DNA from: Candidatus Nomurabacteria bacterium
Lineage (GTDB): Bacteria > Patescibacteriota > Minisyncoccia > Phycocordibacterales > UBA9973
Length of the DNA: 64,000 bases
Direction: 5' to 3'
Assembly (NCBI GenBank): GCA_023267375.1
Contig: JAHFNJ010000002.1
Location: forward strand, 23,634 to 87,633
A program made the translations under genes and the position numbers. Positions within the stretch are counted from its first letter, which is position 1; every line of letters begins with the position of its first letter. The notes below the pieces were generated by a model, which worked only from the letters and a program-made list of their open reading frames with translations, did no database searches and was not told where the DNA came from. Positions 1 through 9,670 of the stretch are shown here, in pieces.

Positions 1-323
1 TTGGAACAGGCAATGATCTCATCACACAAGTTGATGATTTCATTGAAATCTGGACGGCGAAACGGCTCTCGGCAAAGGACTACCAGCATGCCACGTCAAA
101 ACCGATTACTTTACACGAAAAAGCGATTAAACGCTGTACCAAGCCGGGGGAAATAATCTTGGATAGCTTTCTCGGTTCAGGCAGTACGTTACTTGCAGGA
201 GAACAGCTCAGTCGACGGGTCTATGGCTGTGAGTTAGAACCCAGATTTTGTGATTTAATCATTAAGCGATTTGAAGCCATGACTGGGATCAAGGCAGTCG
301 TTGAACAGTATGAAAAAAACTAA
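1..323 (+). CDS. DNA N6-adenine/N4-cytosine methyltransferase, C-terminal part (5' end outside window)
   Basis: Frame 3 reads ...HATSKPITLHEKAIKRCTKPGEIILDSFLGSGSTLLAGEQLSRRVYGCELEPRFCDLIIKRF..., with the H-x-T-x-KP and D-x-F-x-GSGST SAM-binding motifs. Stop TAA at 321-323. Not in the ORF track. Confidence 0.9.
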   Translation, partial: GTGNDLITQVDDFIEIWTAKRLSAKDYQHATSKPITLHEKAIKRCTKPGEIILDSFLGSGSTLLAGEQLSRRVYGCELEPRFCDLIIKRFEAMTGIKAVVEQYEKN

Positions 324-705
324 ATTACAAAATCAGTTTTTCGAGGAACTAAAAAAAGTGCCGATCGTCCAAGTCGCCTGTGAAAAAACCGGTGTCTCCC
401 GCAACAGCGTGTACCGCTGGAAAAAAGAAGACACCAAATTTTCAGAAAAGATGGAGGAGGCACTTACTGAAGGTGTAGCACTTGTAAATGATATGAGTGA
501 GAGTCAGTTACTCACACTCATTAAAGAAAAGAACTATCCAGCGATCAGCTTTTGGCTCCGTCATCGAAATGATAAGTACAAGAACAAAGTAGAGCTTTCA
601 GGGTCGGTCAAAACAATCAATGAAATGTCTCCCGAACAAGGGAAATTGGTGAAAGAAGCACTGCGACTTGCGGGAGTTGAAACATATGAAGAAAATCAAC
701 AATGA
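310..705 (+). CDS. HTH protein, probable terminase small subunit
   Basis: N-terminal HTH (VQVACEKTGVSRNSVYRWKKED) and an AISFWL...VELSG tail typical of TerS-like proteins; overlaps the TerL gene. Confidence 0.7.
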   Translation: MKKTKLQNQFFEELKKVPIVQVACEKTGVSRNSVYRWKKEDTKFSEKMEEALTEGVALVNDMSESQLLTLIKEKNYPAISFWLRHRNDKYKNKVELSGSVKTINEMSPEQGKLVKEALRLAGVETYEENQQ

Positions 706-2119
706 AGTCATTGACGCCATAATCAAAGACAGAGGTGTCCGACAGAACACGACCCGACAGAGCTTGTGGCTTTTCTTCCTCGTCTACTTCGCCCATTACG
801 TAAAGTATGAACTGGCTCCGTTCCATGAAGAAATCATCGACATCGTTCAAAACGAATCAAACAAGCTCATCTGTATTTCTGCGTTCCGTGGTTCTGGAAA
901 ATCTACGTTGGTAACTACCGCTTCAGCGCTTTGGTCGATATTAGGAATTCAGCAGAAAAAATTCGTTCTCATTATCTGCCAAACAAAAACACAAGCTAAA
1001 ATGCATATGATGAGCTTGCGTTCCGAGCTTGAAGACAACGATCTCTTAAAAAGCGACCTTGGACCATTCCAAGAAGAAATGGATGCTGAATGGAGTGCAT
1101 CGTCTTTGGTATTTAGCAACACGAAGGCACGCATTACCATAGCATCGCTCGAGCAGAGCGTGCGGGGCATGCGCCATAGGCAAACGAGACCGGACTTGAT
1201 CATCCTCGACGATATCGAAGATTCCCAGTCCATCAAAACACTCGAAGGAAGAGACAAGACGTACAACTGGTTTACAAGTGAGATCATTCCGCTCGGAGAC
1301 TTGGCGACAAGAATCATCATTGTTGGAAACCTGATTCATGAAGATTCAATGGTCGTGAGATTGAAGAATAAAATTGAGAAAGAAGAAGTAAAAGGAATCT
1401 ACCGTGAATATCCGCTTATTAATTCGCACGGCGAGTGTTTATGGCCCGGGAAGTTTCCGACCGAGGAATCGCTTGAAGAATTCCAGAATACGATCTTGAA
1501 TCCGATCAGCTGGCAAAGAGAGTATCTTTTAAAGGTAGTGCCAGATGAATATCAAGTCGTGCATCGGGAATGGATACAGTATTACGATGAACTGCCAATG
1601 AACACCAGAAGCTACTCATGCATTATCATGGGAGTAGATCCGGCAATTTCTGAAAAAACAAAAGCTGACTGTTCAGCGATAGTGTCAGGATTGGTAGTTA
1701 TCACTGGTGGTACAAAAACCTTATATATTCTTCCTAATATTGTAAACGAACGACTCACGACCCCAGACCTAATAGATCGTATTTATGCTGTGAATCTGGA
1801 AAACAGAAAAATACATAGCGTTGTAAAAACAGTGGTGGAATCAATAGCTTTTCAGGAAGCGATCGTTCAGTTTTTGAGAAAATACGGATATACAAACTGT
1901 GAGGGTATAAAAGTAACTGAGGATAAACGCACACGACTTGCAACAATAAGTCACTTAATTAAAAGTGGAAATGTTTTATTCCCGAGGACAGGGGCGGAAT
2001 TACTGGTCACACAAATAGTTGGCTTTGGCGCAGAAAAGCATGACGACATAATGGATGCATTTACGCTGTGTACTCATAAATTCTTAAGTCTGCGTTATTC
2101 CAGTGTAATCTTTATTTAG
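686..2119 (+). CDS. Phage terminase large subunit (ATPase plus RNase H-like nuclease)
   Basis: Walker A-like AFRGSGKST, Walker B LIILDDIED, nuclease motifs GVDPA and HDDIMDA. Confidence 0.88.
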   Translation: MKKINNEVIDAIIKDRGVRQNTTRQSLWLFFLVYFAHYVKYELAPFHEEIIDIVQNESNKLICISAFRGSGKSTLVTTASALWSILGIQQKKFVLIICQTKTQAKMHMMSLRSELEDNDLLKSDLGPFQEEMDAEWSASSLVFSNTKARITIASLEQSVRGMRHRQTRPDLIILDDIEDSQSIKTLEGRDKTYNWFTSEIIPLGDLATRIIIVGNLIHEDSMVVRLKNKIEKEEVKGIYREYPLINSHGECLWPGKFPTEESLEEFQNTILNPISWQREYLLKVVPDEYQVVHREWIQYYDELPMNTRSYSCIIMGVDPAISEKTKADCSAIVSGLVVITGGTKTLYILPNIVNERLTTPDLIDRIYAVNLENRKIHSVVKTVVESIAFQEAIVQFLRKYGYTNCEGIKVTEDKRTRLATISHLIKSGNVLFPRTGAELLVTQIVGFGAEKHDDIMDAFTLCTHKFLSLRYSSVIFI

Positions 2120-2120
2120 T

Positions 2121-2732
2121 TTATTCATGATTCTCAAACCGCCTGCGTCGTTCATCTAAAGTTTCGCCCTCATAGATCCAGTAGTCCGTTCCAGTTACTG
2201 GAAAATCATAGCCGAGCATTTTTCGCGCACCTTCTGAAAGACTGGTCACTTCTCCATTGATTTCAATAGAACGAGGAGATTTTACGTCTACCACGCGAGC
2301 TTTAATATTTTCATCTCGACTGAATAGAAGTTCAGCACCGACTGGAATATTAACCATAGCGAAATTAAATCGTGATCTTTTTTTGATCGCCTGCGTCAGT
2401 GCGTGGCGATCTTCTTGGGTTTCCACCAAATCTTTTCGCGGTGTAATATTTTCAATTTCTGCTAACTTGAGTGCGGATACGACACGCTCGGGAGATATCT
2501 GGAAAAATTCACGTTTAGGATTTACCCGAATATTGTCAAAGGCATCGTGCAACTGATACTCTACGAAATTTGCATCTTTGACGGTACAGGCATAGAAGCA
2601 GGTAAACGGCAGTGGCACACTAGTAGAAGCACTCAACTCTTTTATGCGTTGCTCCAAACTGGTAGAAGTGCGCCCGATCTTCACGTATCCGGGCATTGCT
2701 TCGTTGGTTAGGATGTAAATAATTTCATTCAT
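2121..2732 (-). CDS. GIY-YIG family (T5orf172-like) nuclease domain protein
   Basis: IYILTNEAMPGYVKIGRT...RIKEL...VPLPF...E..LH...REFF pattern. Confidence 0.85.
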   Translation of the reverse strand: MNEIIYILTNEAMPGYVKIGRTSTSLEQRIKELSASTSVPLPFTCFYACTVKDANFVEYQLHDAFDNIRVNPKREFFQISPERVVSALKLAEIENITPRKDLVETQEDRHALTQAIKKRSRFNFAMVNIPVGAELLFSRDENIKARVVDVKSPRSIEINGEVTSLSEGARKMLGYDFPVTGTDYWIYEGETLDERRRRFENHE

Positions 2733-2733
2733 A

Positions 2734-3183
2734 TTATCTGTCTTTCAAACTATCGAGCTTCTTCTTGATCTCATACGGGGCTTCAACATGTTGCAACACA
2801 ACTTCTAAAGTATTTGTTCCAGCAGTATTCACGGCGATGCTTCCTGTGTGTGCGATTACTTTATCAAAAAACGGTTCTCGAATATGTATGTCCGTTATTT
2901 TTGAGTAATCAATACTGATCGTATTAGTAGAAAGCCATCCTCGATGAATTAAAACTCTTTTGTTGGTAAATGCAAAGGCATTAGCTTCACGAAGATAGAA
3001 ACCAAAATAGAAGAGAGCGATTAGAAACGTTATGATACCGATCCCTCCTGCAAACATGAACGGTAAACTTATGATCGCCCACATAATGATTCCTAGCTTG
3101 ATGTACCGCTTCCCGATTGAAAACTCATACTCTACTTTCTCATCTCCACTTAAGGTTTTATCCCAAATTTTTTGATACTTCAT
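2734..3183 (-). CDS. Membrane protein with bacterial PH domain (bPH_2-like)
   Basis: Two TM helices followed by FTNKRVLIHRGWLS...IDYSKITDI...GSIAVNTAG. Confidence 0.8.
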   Translation of the reverse strand: MKYQKIWDKTLSGDEKVEYEFSIGKRYIKLGIIMWAIISLPFMFAGGIGIITFLIALFYFGFYLREANAFAFTNKRVLIHRGWLSTNTISIDYSKITDIHIREPFFDKVIAHTGSIAVNTAGTNTLEVVLQHVEAPYEIKKKLDSLKDR

Positions 3184-3534
3184 TTTGATAATTTTTTTGC
3201 GTCTTAGTAATAAATCCTAGGGTAAGACGCAAAAAACCTACCACTAGGCGAGCTTTTGAGGGCTCTATATGAGTTTCCTCATATAACGCAACGAGCGATC
3301 CTAATGATAGGGTCTTTAAGCTCGTTGCGTTTTTTCACCATGCCGCCGCCGAAGCGAAGGTTTAGGCTACTTTTCTTATTTAATTGTTAAACAAATAATA
3401 GCATTTTCCAGCTATTATTTCAGCCCCACCCTATCGCATACCCATATTTTTGTTAAGGCAAGAACACGAGTATGCTACGAATTTTTAGTTCTGCATAGCT
3501 TAGCAAAACTACTGTTCTCTGACATCATTGGTAT

Positions 3535-4854
3535 ATGGAAACATATACATCCGCCCGTATTAGTAAAGAGCTAGTGGTACCAATACAGAAAATTAAGTAC
3601 GTCCTGTATGCTCGTAAATCAACTGAATCAGAAGAACGGCAAGTACTTTCGATTGATTCACAAGTCAAAGAAATGCTTGAACTTGCAGAACGAGAAAGTC
3701 TTGATGTAGTAGAAATACGGCGTGAATCGCATAGTGCCAAAGAATCGGGACAGAGACCTGTCTACAAGGAAATTTTGGAAGACGTCCGGCGCGGACGATT
3801 CAACGGAATCCTAACTTGGGCACCTGATCGGCTTTCTCGTAACGCTGGCGATCTCGGCAGTATTGTTGACCTCATGGATCAAAAATTGCTCATGGAAATT
3901 CGTACTTACGGACAACATTTCAAGAATTCACCGAACGAGAAATTTCTACTAATGATTCTCTGTTCGCAAGCGAAACTTGAGAATGATAACAAAAGCGTAA
4001 ACGTAAAACGCGGACTACGGACGAGAGCAGAAATGGGACTACGTCCAGGAGTTGCTCCTACGGGCTACCTAAACGAGAAAAGAACAGATCGAAAATGTGA
4101 GGTAATAGTAGACCAAGAACGAGCACCTACTATAAAGAAAATGTTTGAGAAAGTTGCCTATGAGCATTGGAGTGGAAGAAAGCTCTACAACTGGCTCAAA
4201 TTTGATTTGAATTTCAGGACAGCATACGGAAAGAAACATTTGAGTTTAGGGAATCTCTACAAGATACTCGATAACCCTTTCTACTACGGCGTATTTGAAT
4301 ATCCGAAAAACAGCGGTAATTGGTACACAGGAAAACATGAACCACTGATTACGAAAGAACTGTTTGATCTCGTCCAAAAACAGGTAAAAAGCAATGTATT
4401 AAGAATTGAAAACAAAGAATTTGCTTTTACGAAAATGATGACCTGTGGACTCTGTGGCTCGGGAATATCGGCAGACGAGAAATTTAAGAAACTCAAAAAT
4501 GGAGGGGTCGCTCGGTACGTCTATTATGGTTGCACCAAGGCGCGCGGGGTGGATTGCAAATGTGGGTATACCGAAGAGAAAGAAATTCTAAAACAATTTA
4601 ATGAGCTGATTGAGAAAATTGATCTAAATGAGATCGAGATTAAGGAGAAGATAAAGGCTGACGTTGAACGATTTTCCAAACTGCAGAAATTCTTATTAGG
4701 AACGAAAGAAAAAATTGATATACCAAATATTGATGTACGGGGATATGCGAGATACATTCTAAGAGAAGGATCTGATACTGAGAAAAGAGAATTACTCAAT
4801 TGTTTGAAGAGTAAGATTTGTTTAGCGAACAAGAAAATTTCTTTGAAATTTTAA
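3535..4854 (+). CDS. Large serine recombinase (integrase) with zinc ribbon
   Basis: YARKS catalytic Ser, DRLSRN, recombinase domain, CGLCG...YYGC...C zinc ribbon. Confidence 0.93.
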   Translation: METYTSARISKELVVPIQKIKYVLYARKSTESEERQVLSIDSQVKEMLELAERESLDVVEIRRESHSAKESGQRPVYKEILEDVRRGRFNGILTWAPDRLSRNAGDLGSIVDLMDQKLLMEIRTYGQHFKNSPNEKFLLMILCSQAKLENDNKSVNVKRGLRTRAEMGLRPGVAPTGYLNEKRTDRKCEVIVDQERAPTIKKMFEKVAYEHWSGRKLYNWLKFDLNFRTAYGKKHLSLGNLYKILDNPFYYGVFEYPKNSGNWYTGKHEPLITKELFDLVQKQVKSNVLRIENKEFAFTKMMTCGLCGSGISADEKFKKLKNGGVARYVYYGCTKARGVDCKCGYTEEKEILKQFNELIEKIDLNEIEIKEKIKADVERFSKLQKFLLGTKEKIDIPNIDVRGYARYILREGSDTEKRELLNCLKSKICLANKKISLKF

Positions 4855-4925
4855 GCATTAATCTCTTGGGTGGGTCGACTAATTAGCCAATGGAAAAAAC
4901 ACCCCAAAAGTGTTAGAATCACGTT

Positions 4926-5084
4926 GTGGATTCACAAAAACAGAAAATGGATGATATTTACTATCGATTTACGGAAAAAATGAACGAGCTTTTTGATCGC
5001 AAGAAAAAATTAATTGCTGATTTTAAGCGTCGGTTGGAAACTCGAAAAATAAAAAAATTAACCGATCAACTAACACAAAAATAA
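4926..5084 (+). CDS. Small helical protein, 52 aa (MDSQKQKMDDIYYRFTEKMNELFDRKKKLIADFKRRLETRKIKKLTDQLTQK)
   Basis: Hand translation. Extended -10 TGtTAGAAT (4911-4919) lies 6 nt before the GTG; the stop is 5 nt before the ART gene. Confidence 0.65.
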   Translation: MDSQKQKMDDIYYRFTEKMNELFDRKKKLIADFKRRLETRKIKKLTDQLTQK

Positions 5085-5089
5085 ATTTT

Positions 5090-6841
5090 ATGGCTGGTTT
5101 AGAAGATACTTTGAATAATAAGAATGAAAAGAATGAAAAACTCAACCAGAACCCAGAAGTTCAAGAGTCTTTTGAATCCGCTGAAGATATGCAAAAACGT
5201 CTTTCCCAAGAAATGACGTCACAGAATGAACTATTAAAAAATGAAGATAGAAAGATAGAAACAGCTAATGATTCAATCGGTCTTTCTGATGAAGAAGTAC
5301 AAGAAGAAAAAACTGCAATAAATCTTGATTCTGAAATCTCAAATATTAACAAGGAGGCAGATGCCTTAACAAACGAATCAAAACAAAATTTAAACAAAAA
5401 TGAAACAGGACCTGAAAAAAATGGGGTTGACTATATCTTTGAACAAAACCCAGAGTTGGAAAAGATCGGTACAAAAGAAGAGTATCAACGTTATATAGAA
5501 AATATATTTCCTGAAAGTAGGGTCAAAGATATTTTGTACCATTATTCTAGTCACGATAAAATAAAAGAAGAGGGTTTCAAATTTTTTACAGAAACTGGCG
5601 TTCCGGCTGGTGCAGGAGAAATTGAAGCAATTTGGTTGACAAAGAAATCTGGAAATTATTGGGGGAGTAATGATTTGAGCAAATATGCGGTTGTCGTCAA
5701 TGCGGCTAAACCACTTGATGCACGAAACAGTCTCTCTGAGGATGACGAAGTTGTGAAGGAATATAATCGAATATGGGAAATAGGTACCGAAAAAGAGTAC
5801 GCTTATTTCGATAATACGAAAAAATGGGATCTACAAAAAAATCGAAAACTCGCATTTAAGGAGGCTGGATACGATTCTATTTTGACGCCAAATTTAGACG
5901 AAGTAACCATCTTTGATAAGGAAAATATTCATATCCTTGGTTCAAAAAGCGATGTAGAAAAATTTAAAGAATTTGTAAACAAAAATGAGGTAGGAATGTC
6001 TGTAGAAAAGATGAATAATTTAAATCCTCAACTGCTAGAAATTGGCACACCAGAACAATATACAGAATATTTACAAACTCGCTTCCCAGAAAAAATTACA
6101 CGAGAGCTCGGAGAGGGGTATGTTCAAACCGGCATAAATGAATTTCTGGAAAGCAAAGAAGATCTAAATGAAAATGAAAAACGCTTAAAAGGTTTTTTAG
6201 AACATTATATTACTCAAACTACTAACGAAGAATTTGAATCCTTTAAACCATATAAGACTAGCGAATACTATACTATTAACAGTCTTCTTCGAGAAGGCAA
6301 GGAAATAACAGTAGAAAATATACTTCAGTATAAAAATGTTGATCCTTCCTACGGATGGGCTCAAGAAGAAATCGTAGAAGCAGTAAAAAATTTGAAAGAA
6401 GCAATGAAAAAATCTTTTTGGTCGGTTGATGGCTCATTAGTTAATAATAAAAAAACGTACAGGGCAGATTTTACTGGTTATCATGCGAACAAAAATATCG
6501 GTGATGTTGTCGAAGATAAAGCATTTATGTCCACCAGCGTTACAAAAGATGGGTATGCACAATCTACACTTCGTGATGAAAAAGATGCAACCATTCTAGT
6601 TATGAATTTTCCTAAAAACAGTATTGTTAATTCAGTTTTTTTAAATGGCGCAGAAAATGAGTTGTTATTACCTCCTAATATGTCCTACGAAGTGAAAAAT
6701 AAAAAACAAATACAAAAAAATGGAGCGACAAAAACTATATTACAAGTTGAATTTTTGCCAAACGAGTATATTCACGTACTTGGTAGTGAAAAAGATATAG
6801 GGGATTTTAAAAATTTTGTAACCACAAAAAATACTAAATAA
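5090..6841 (+). CDS. Putative polymorphic effector with two ADP-ribosyltransferase-like modules
   Basis: C-terminal module has VIP2/C3-type YR...FMSTS...ENE motifs; first module has YH...IWLT...GYDSI...E, resembling ART-PolyVal. Confidence 0.75.
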   Translation: MAGLEDTLNNKNEKNEKLNQNPEVQESFESAEDMQKRLSQEMTSQNELLKNEDRKIETANDSIGLSDEEVQEEKTAINLDSEISNINKEADALTNESKQNLNKNETGPEKNGVDYIFEQNPELEKIGTKEEYQRYIENIFPESRVKDILYHYSSHDKIKEEGFKFFTETGVPAGAGEIEAIWLTKKSGNYWGSNDLSKYAVVVNAAKPLDARNSLSEDDEVVKEYNRIWEIGTEKEYAYFDNTKKWDLQKNRKLAFKEAGYDSILTPNLDEVTIFDKENIHILGSKSDVEKFKEFVNKNEVGMSVEKMNNLNPQLLEIGTPEQYTEYLQTRFPEKITRELGEGYVQTGINEFLESKEDLNENEKRLKGFLEHYITQTTNEEFESFKPYKTSEYYTINSLLREGKEITVENILQYKNVDPSYGWAQEEIVEAVKNLKEAMKKSFWSVDGSLVNNKKTYRADFTGYHANKNIGDVVEDKAFMSTSVTKDGYAQSTLRDEKDATILVMNFPKNSIVNSVFLNGAENELLLPPNMSYEVKNKKQIQKNGATKTILQVEFLPNEYIHVLGSEKDIGDFKNFVTTKNTK

Positions 6842-6868
6842 GAATTATTTTTATTGAACTTAAAATCT

Positions 6869-9370
6869 ATGTCATATATCTCTTTTGCTACGAAAAAAAT
6901 TTCTGATATTTATTCCGAACTCGGTAGTAATGCAAAAGGTCTAAGTGAAGTTCGGGTGCAAGAATATTCAAGAAAATACGGACTCAATAAGATCGCTGTA
7001 AAAGAAACAAAGTGGTGGCAAATTTTATTTCGACAGTTTACTTCCCCGTTCGTTTATATCCTTGTCTTTGCCTCCCTTCTTGCTTTATATCTTGGAGAAA
7101 CAATAGACAGTATTTTTATCGCCTCATTCGTTCTGATCGGGGCTGTTTTAGGATTTATTCAAGAATATAATTCACAAAAATCAGTTGAATTGTTAAAAAA
7201 GTTTTTAGTTGATCACTCTCGAATTTTAAGAGAGGGATCTGAAATACTTGTAAAAACTGAAGAAATAGTACCAGGTGACATTTGTATCCTCGAGCCCGGT
7301 AATGTTTTGTCTGCTGATATGCGATTTATTCGGACTGATAATTTGCTTGTTGATGAATCAATTTTAACTGGAGAATCAATGTCAGTGTCAAAGACTTCCA
7401 TTATTTTAGAAGAACGAAATATTTCTGGATTACATGATGCTATAAATATGGGATTTTCTGGTACGACGATTATACAAGGCAAGGGCATTGGTATCGTTGT
7501 CACTACGGGCAAGAATACACAAATTGGTGGTATCACGAAACTAACTGCTGAAAGCGAGGGAGTAAGTACATTTGAAAAAGGTATTTCAAAATTGAGTGGG
7601 TGGATTTTAAAAATAATTATTGCAACGCTAGCGCTCGTTCTCATTGTAAATTTTCTAGTAAAGAAAGCTGATAATCGGACAAATTTTGCAGACATGATTC
7701 TTTTTTCGATTGCTCTTGCTGTTAGTGTTATTCCAGAAACCTTGCCGGTTGTATCGGCACTTTCATTTTCAAAAGGATCACTTGCACTGGCTAAAAAGCA
7801 CGTCGTAGTTAAACGTCTTTCTGCAGTTGAGGATTTGGGAAGTATCGAAGTGCTTTGTGCTGATAAAACTGGAACAATTACGGAAAATAAAATGTCGGTG
7901 AGTGCTTTTCATGCTGAAAATGAAAAATCTTGTCTTATGTTCGGTGTCCTCGCCTCTTCCTCTGGAAAATATAGTAGTTCGTTTGATATTGCGCTTATTT
8001 CAAAACTCGGAACAGACACGGAAACTCAACAATGGAAAAAAATAAATGAATTGCCGTTTGATCCTGAAAGAAAAAGAAATAGTGTTCTTGTTGGCAATAC
8101 AAATGGAAACAAACTTATTGTACGTGGTGCACCTGAGACAATTTTAAACTTATGCTTAGGTCTTTCCATGGAAAAGAAAAATGAAATTTCAATTTGGATT
8201 GCAGAGCGTGAAATGCTCGGTGAACGTGTGATCGCTCTTGCGTCAAGAAATTGGACAGGTGGTTCTTCATACGGACCTGTGGAAGAAAAAAATTTAGAAT
8301 ATATTGGAGCAATTTCTTTCAGTGATCCAATCAAAGAATCTGCAATACCTGCCATACTGCATGCTAAAGAATTAGGTGTGAGAATAAAAATTTTGACTGG
8401 TGACAGCTTAAATGTGGCAATCGCTGTTGCAAAAATGACGGGAATTATTAAGAACGAAGAAGAAGCTATGACTGGTGAAGAATTTGGAGGGTTGTCAGAA
8501 ACTGATCAACTAATCGCCGTAGAAAATGTGCATGTTTTTGCTCGTGTATCTCCAGAACAAAAATATCGCGTGATTGAACTTTTAGAGAAAAAATATGAAG
8601 TAGGGTTTCTGGGAGATGGAATAAACGATGCTCCTGCACTTAAATTAGCGAGCGTTGCATTGGCTGTGGATACTGCGTCAGATATTGCCCGCGGTGCTTC
8701 GGATATTGTCCTTCTAAATCCAAGTTTGTCTGTCATTATTGATGGAATCAAAGGAGGACGTGAAATATTTGCCAATATGGTGAAATATTTGAAAACGACT
8801 CTCATTTCTAATTTTGGTAATTTCTACGCTGTAGCCCTTGCGATGATCCTTGCACCGTTTTTACCGATGTTGCCAGTGCAAGTTTTACTTCTGAATTTAC
8901 TCACCGATACACCAATGATTGCTATTTCTTTTGACCGAGTTGATACTAGAGAATTAAAAAAACCTCGGTCGTATAATATCAAAGAAATTATTTTAATGTC
9001 TCTTGTTTTCGGAATAATCAATGCTGTTTTTGTCTTCCTATTTTTTCTTCTCTTTTTCAAAAACGGATCAACAATCTTGCAAACGAATTTATTCATAGGT
9101 TCGGTGCTCGTTGAACTCTTGCTTATTTTTTCAATTAGAACAAGGAAATTATTTTGGAAAGGAACAAAGCCGTCTGTTGTTGTGTCGCTTCTTTGCCTTA
9201 TCCCTGCAAGCCTTGCGATTATTTTGCCATTTACACAATGGGGAGAAAAATTTTTAAAGTTCGCTAAACCTTCCTATGAATCTTTAGTAATAATTTTACT
9301 AATGGTTATTTTTTACTTTGCAACAGTAGAAATCGCAAAGCTTGTGTATTATCGGATTGCCAGAAACTAA
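6869..9370 (+). CDS. P-type cation-transporting ATPase (MgtA/Ca2+ ATPase-like)
   Basis: LTGES, PE, DKTGT, TGD and GDGINDAPAL motifs. Confidence 0.92.
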   Translation: MSYISFATKKISDIYSELGSNAKGLSEVRVQEYSRKYGLNKIAVKETKWWQILFRQFTSPFVYILVFASLLALYLGETIDSIFIASFVLIGAVLGFIQEYNSQKSVELLKKFLVDHSRILREGSEILVKTEEIVPGDICILEPGNVLSADMRFIRTDNLLVDESILTGESMSVSKTSIILEERNISGLHDAINMGFSGTTIIQGKGIGIVVTTGKNTQIGGITKLTAESEGVSTFEKGISKLSGWILKIIIATLALVLIVNFLVKKADNRTNFADMILFSIALAVSVIPETLPVVSALSFSKGSLALAKKHVVVKRLSAVEDLGSIEVLCADKTGTITENKMSVSAFHAENEKSCLMFGVLASSSGKYSSSFDIALISKLGTDTETQQWKKINELPFDPERKRNSVLVGNTNGNKLIVRGAPETILNLCLGLSMEKKNEISIWIAEREMLGERVIALASRNWTGGSSYGPVEEKNLEYIGAISFSDPIKESAIPAILHAKELGVRIKILTGDSLNVAIAVAKMTGIIKNEEEAMTGEEFGGLSETDQLIAVENVHVFARVSPEQKYRVIELLEKKYEVGFLGDGINDAPALKLASVALAVDTASDIARGASDIVLLNPSLSVIIDGIKGGREIFANMVKYLKTTLISNFGNFYAVALAMILAPFLPMLPVQVLLLNLLTDTPMIAISFDRVDTRELKKPRSYNIKEIILMSLVFGIINAVFVFLFFLLFFKNGSTILQTNLFIGSVLVELLLIFSIRTRKLFWKGTKPSVVVSLLCLIPASLAIILPFTQWGEKFLKFAKPSYESLVIILLMVIFYFATVEIAKLVYYRIARN

Positions 9371-9490
9371 ACAAACAACCCAAAAGCATTTCCTCATGGG
9401 TATACATTATTTAAAATTTCTGAAGTTAGAATTCTTATAAAGATAGTACAAGATAGTTTTTTTGACACATCTCGTGCTAGCTGTCAATCG

Positions 9491-9575
9491 CGGAGACGGT
9501 GAGATTCGAACTCACGAGGGCTTGCGCCCTGCCTCCTTAGCAAGGAGGTACGTTAGACCACTCCGACACGTCTCC
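9491..9575 (-). tRNA. tRNA-Ser(GCT)
   Basis: Cloverleaf GGAGACG.../CGTCTCC G, anticodon arm CCTCC-TTGCTAA-GGAGG, long variable arm, GTTCGAATC; CCA not encoded. Confidence 0.95.
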
Positions 9576-9670
9576 ATATAATACTAACCCAATAAAACTA
9601 GCATATTTTAATTCTTTTCTCCACTTACCTATTTTGTTTTCGGGCTACTTTTTGCTATAACAGAGCCTAC

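Larger units (their letters stand above)
1..9490. mobile_element. Integrated phage-related element or genomic island ending at the tRNA-Ser(GCT) 3' end; left end outside window
   Basis: Methylase, terminase and serine integrase with AT-rich cargo, abutting a tRNA 3' end. The second att site is not visible. Confidence 0.65.
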
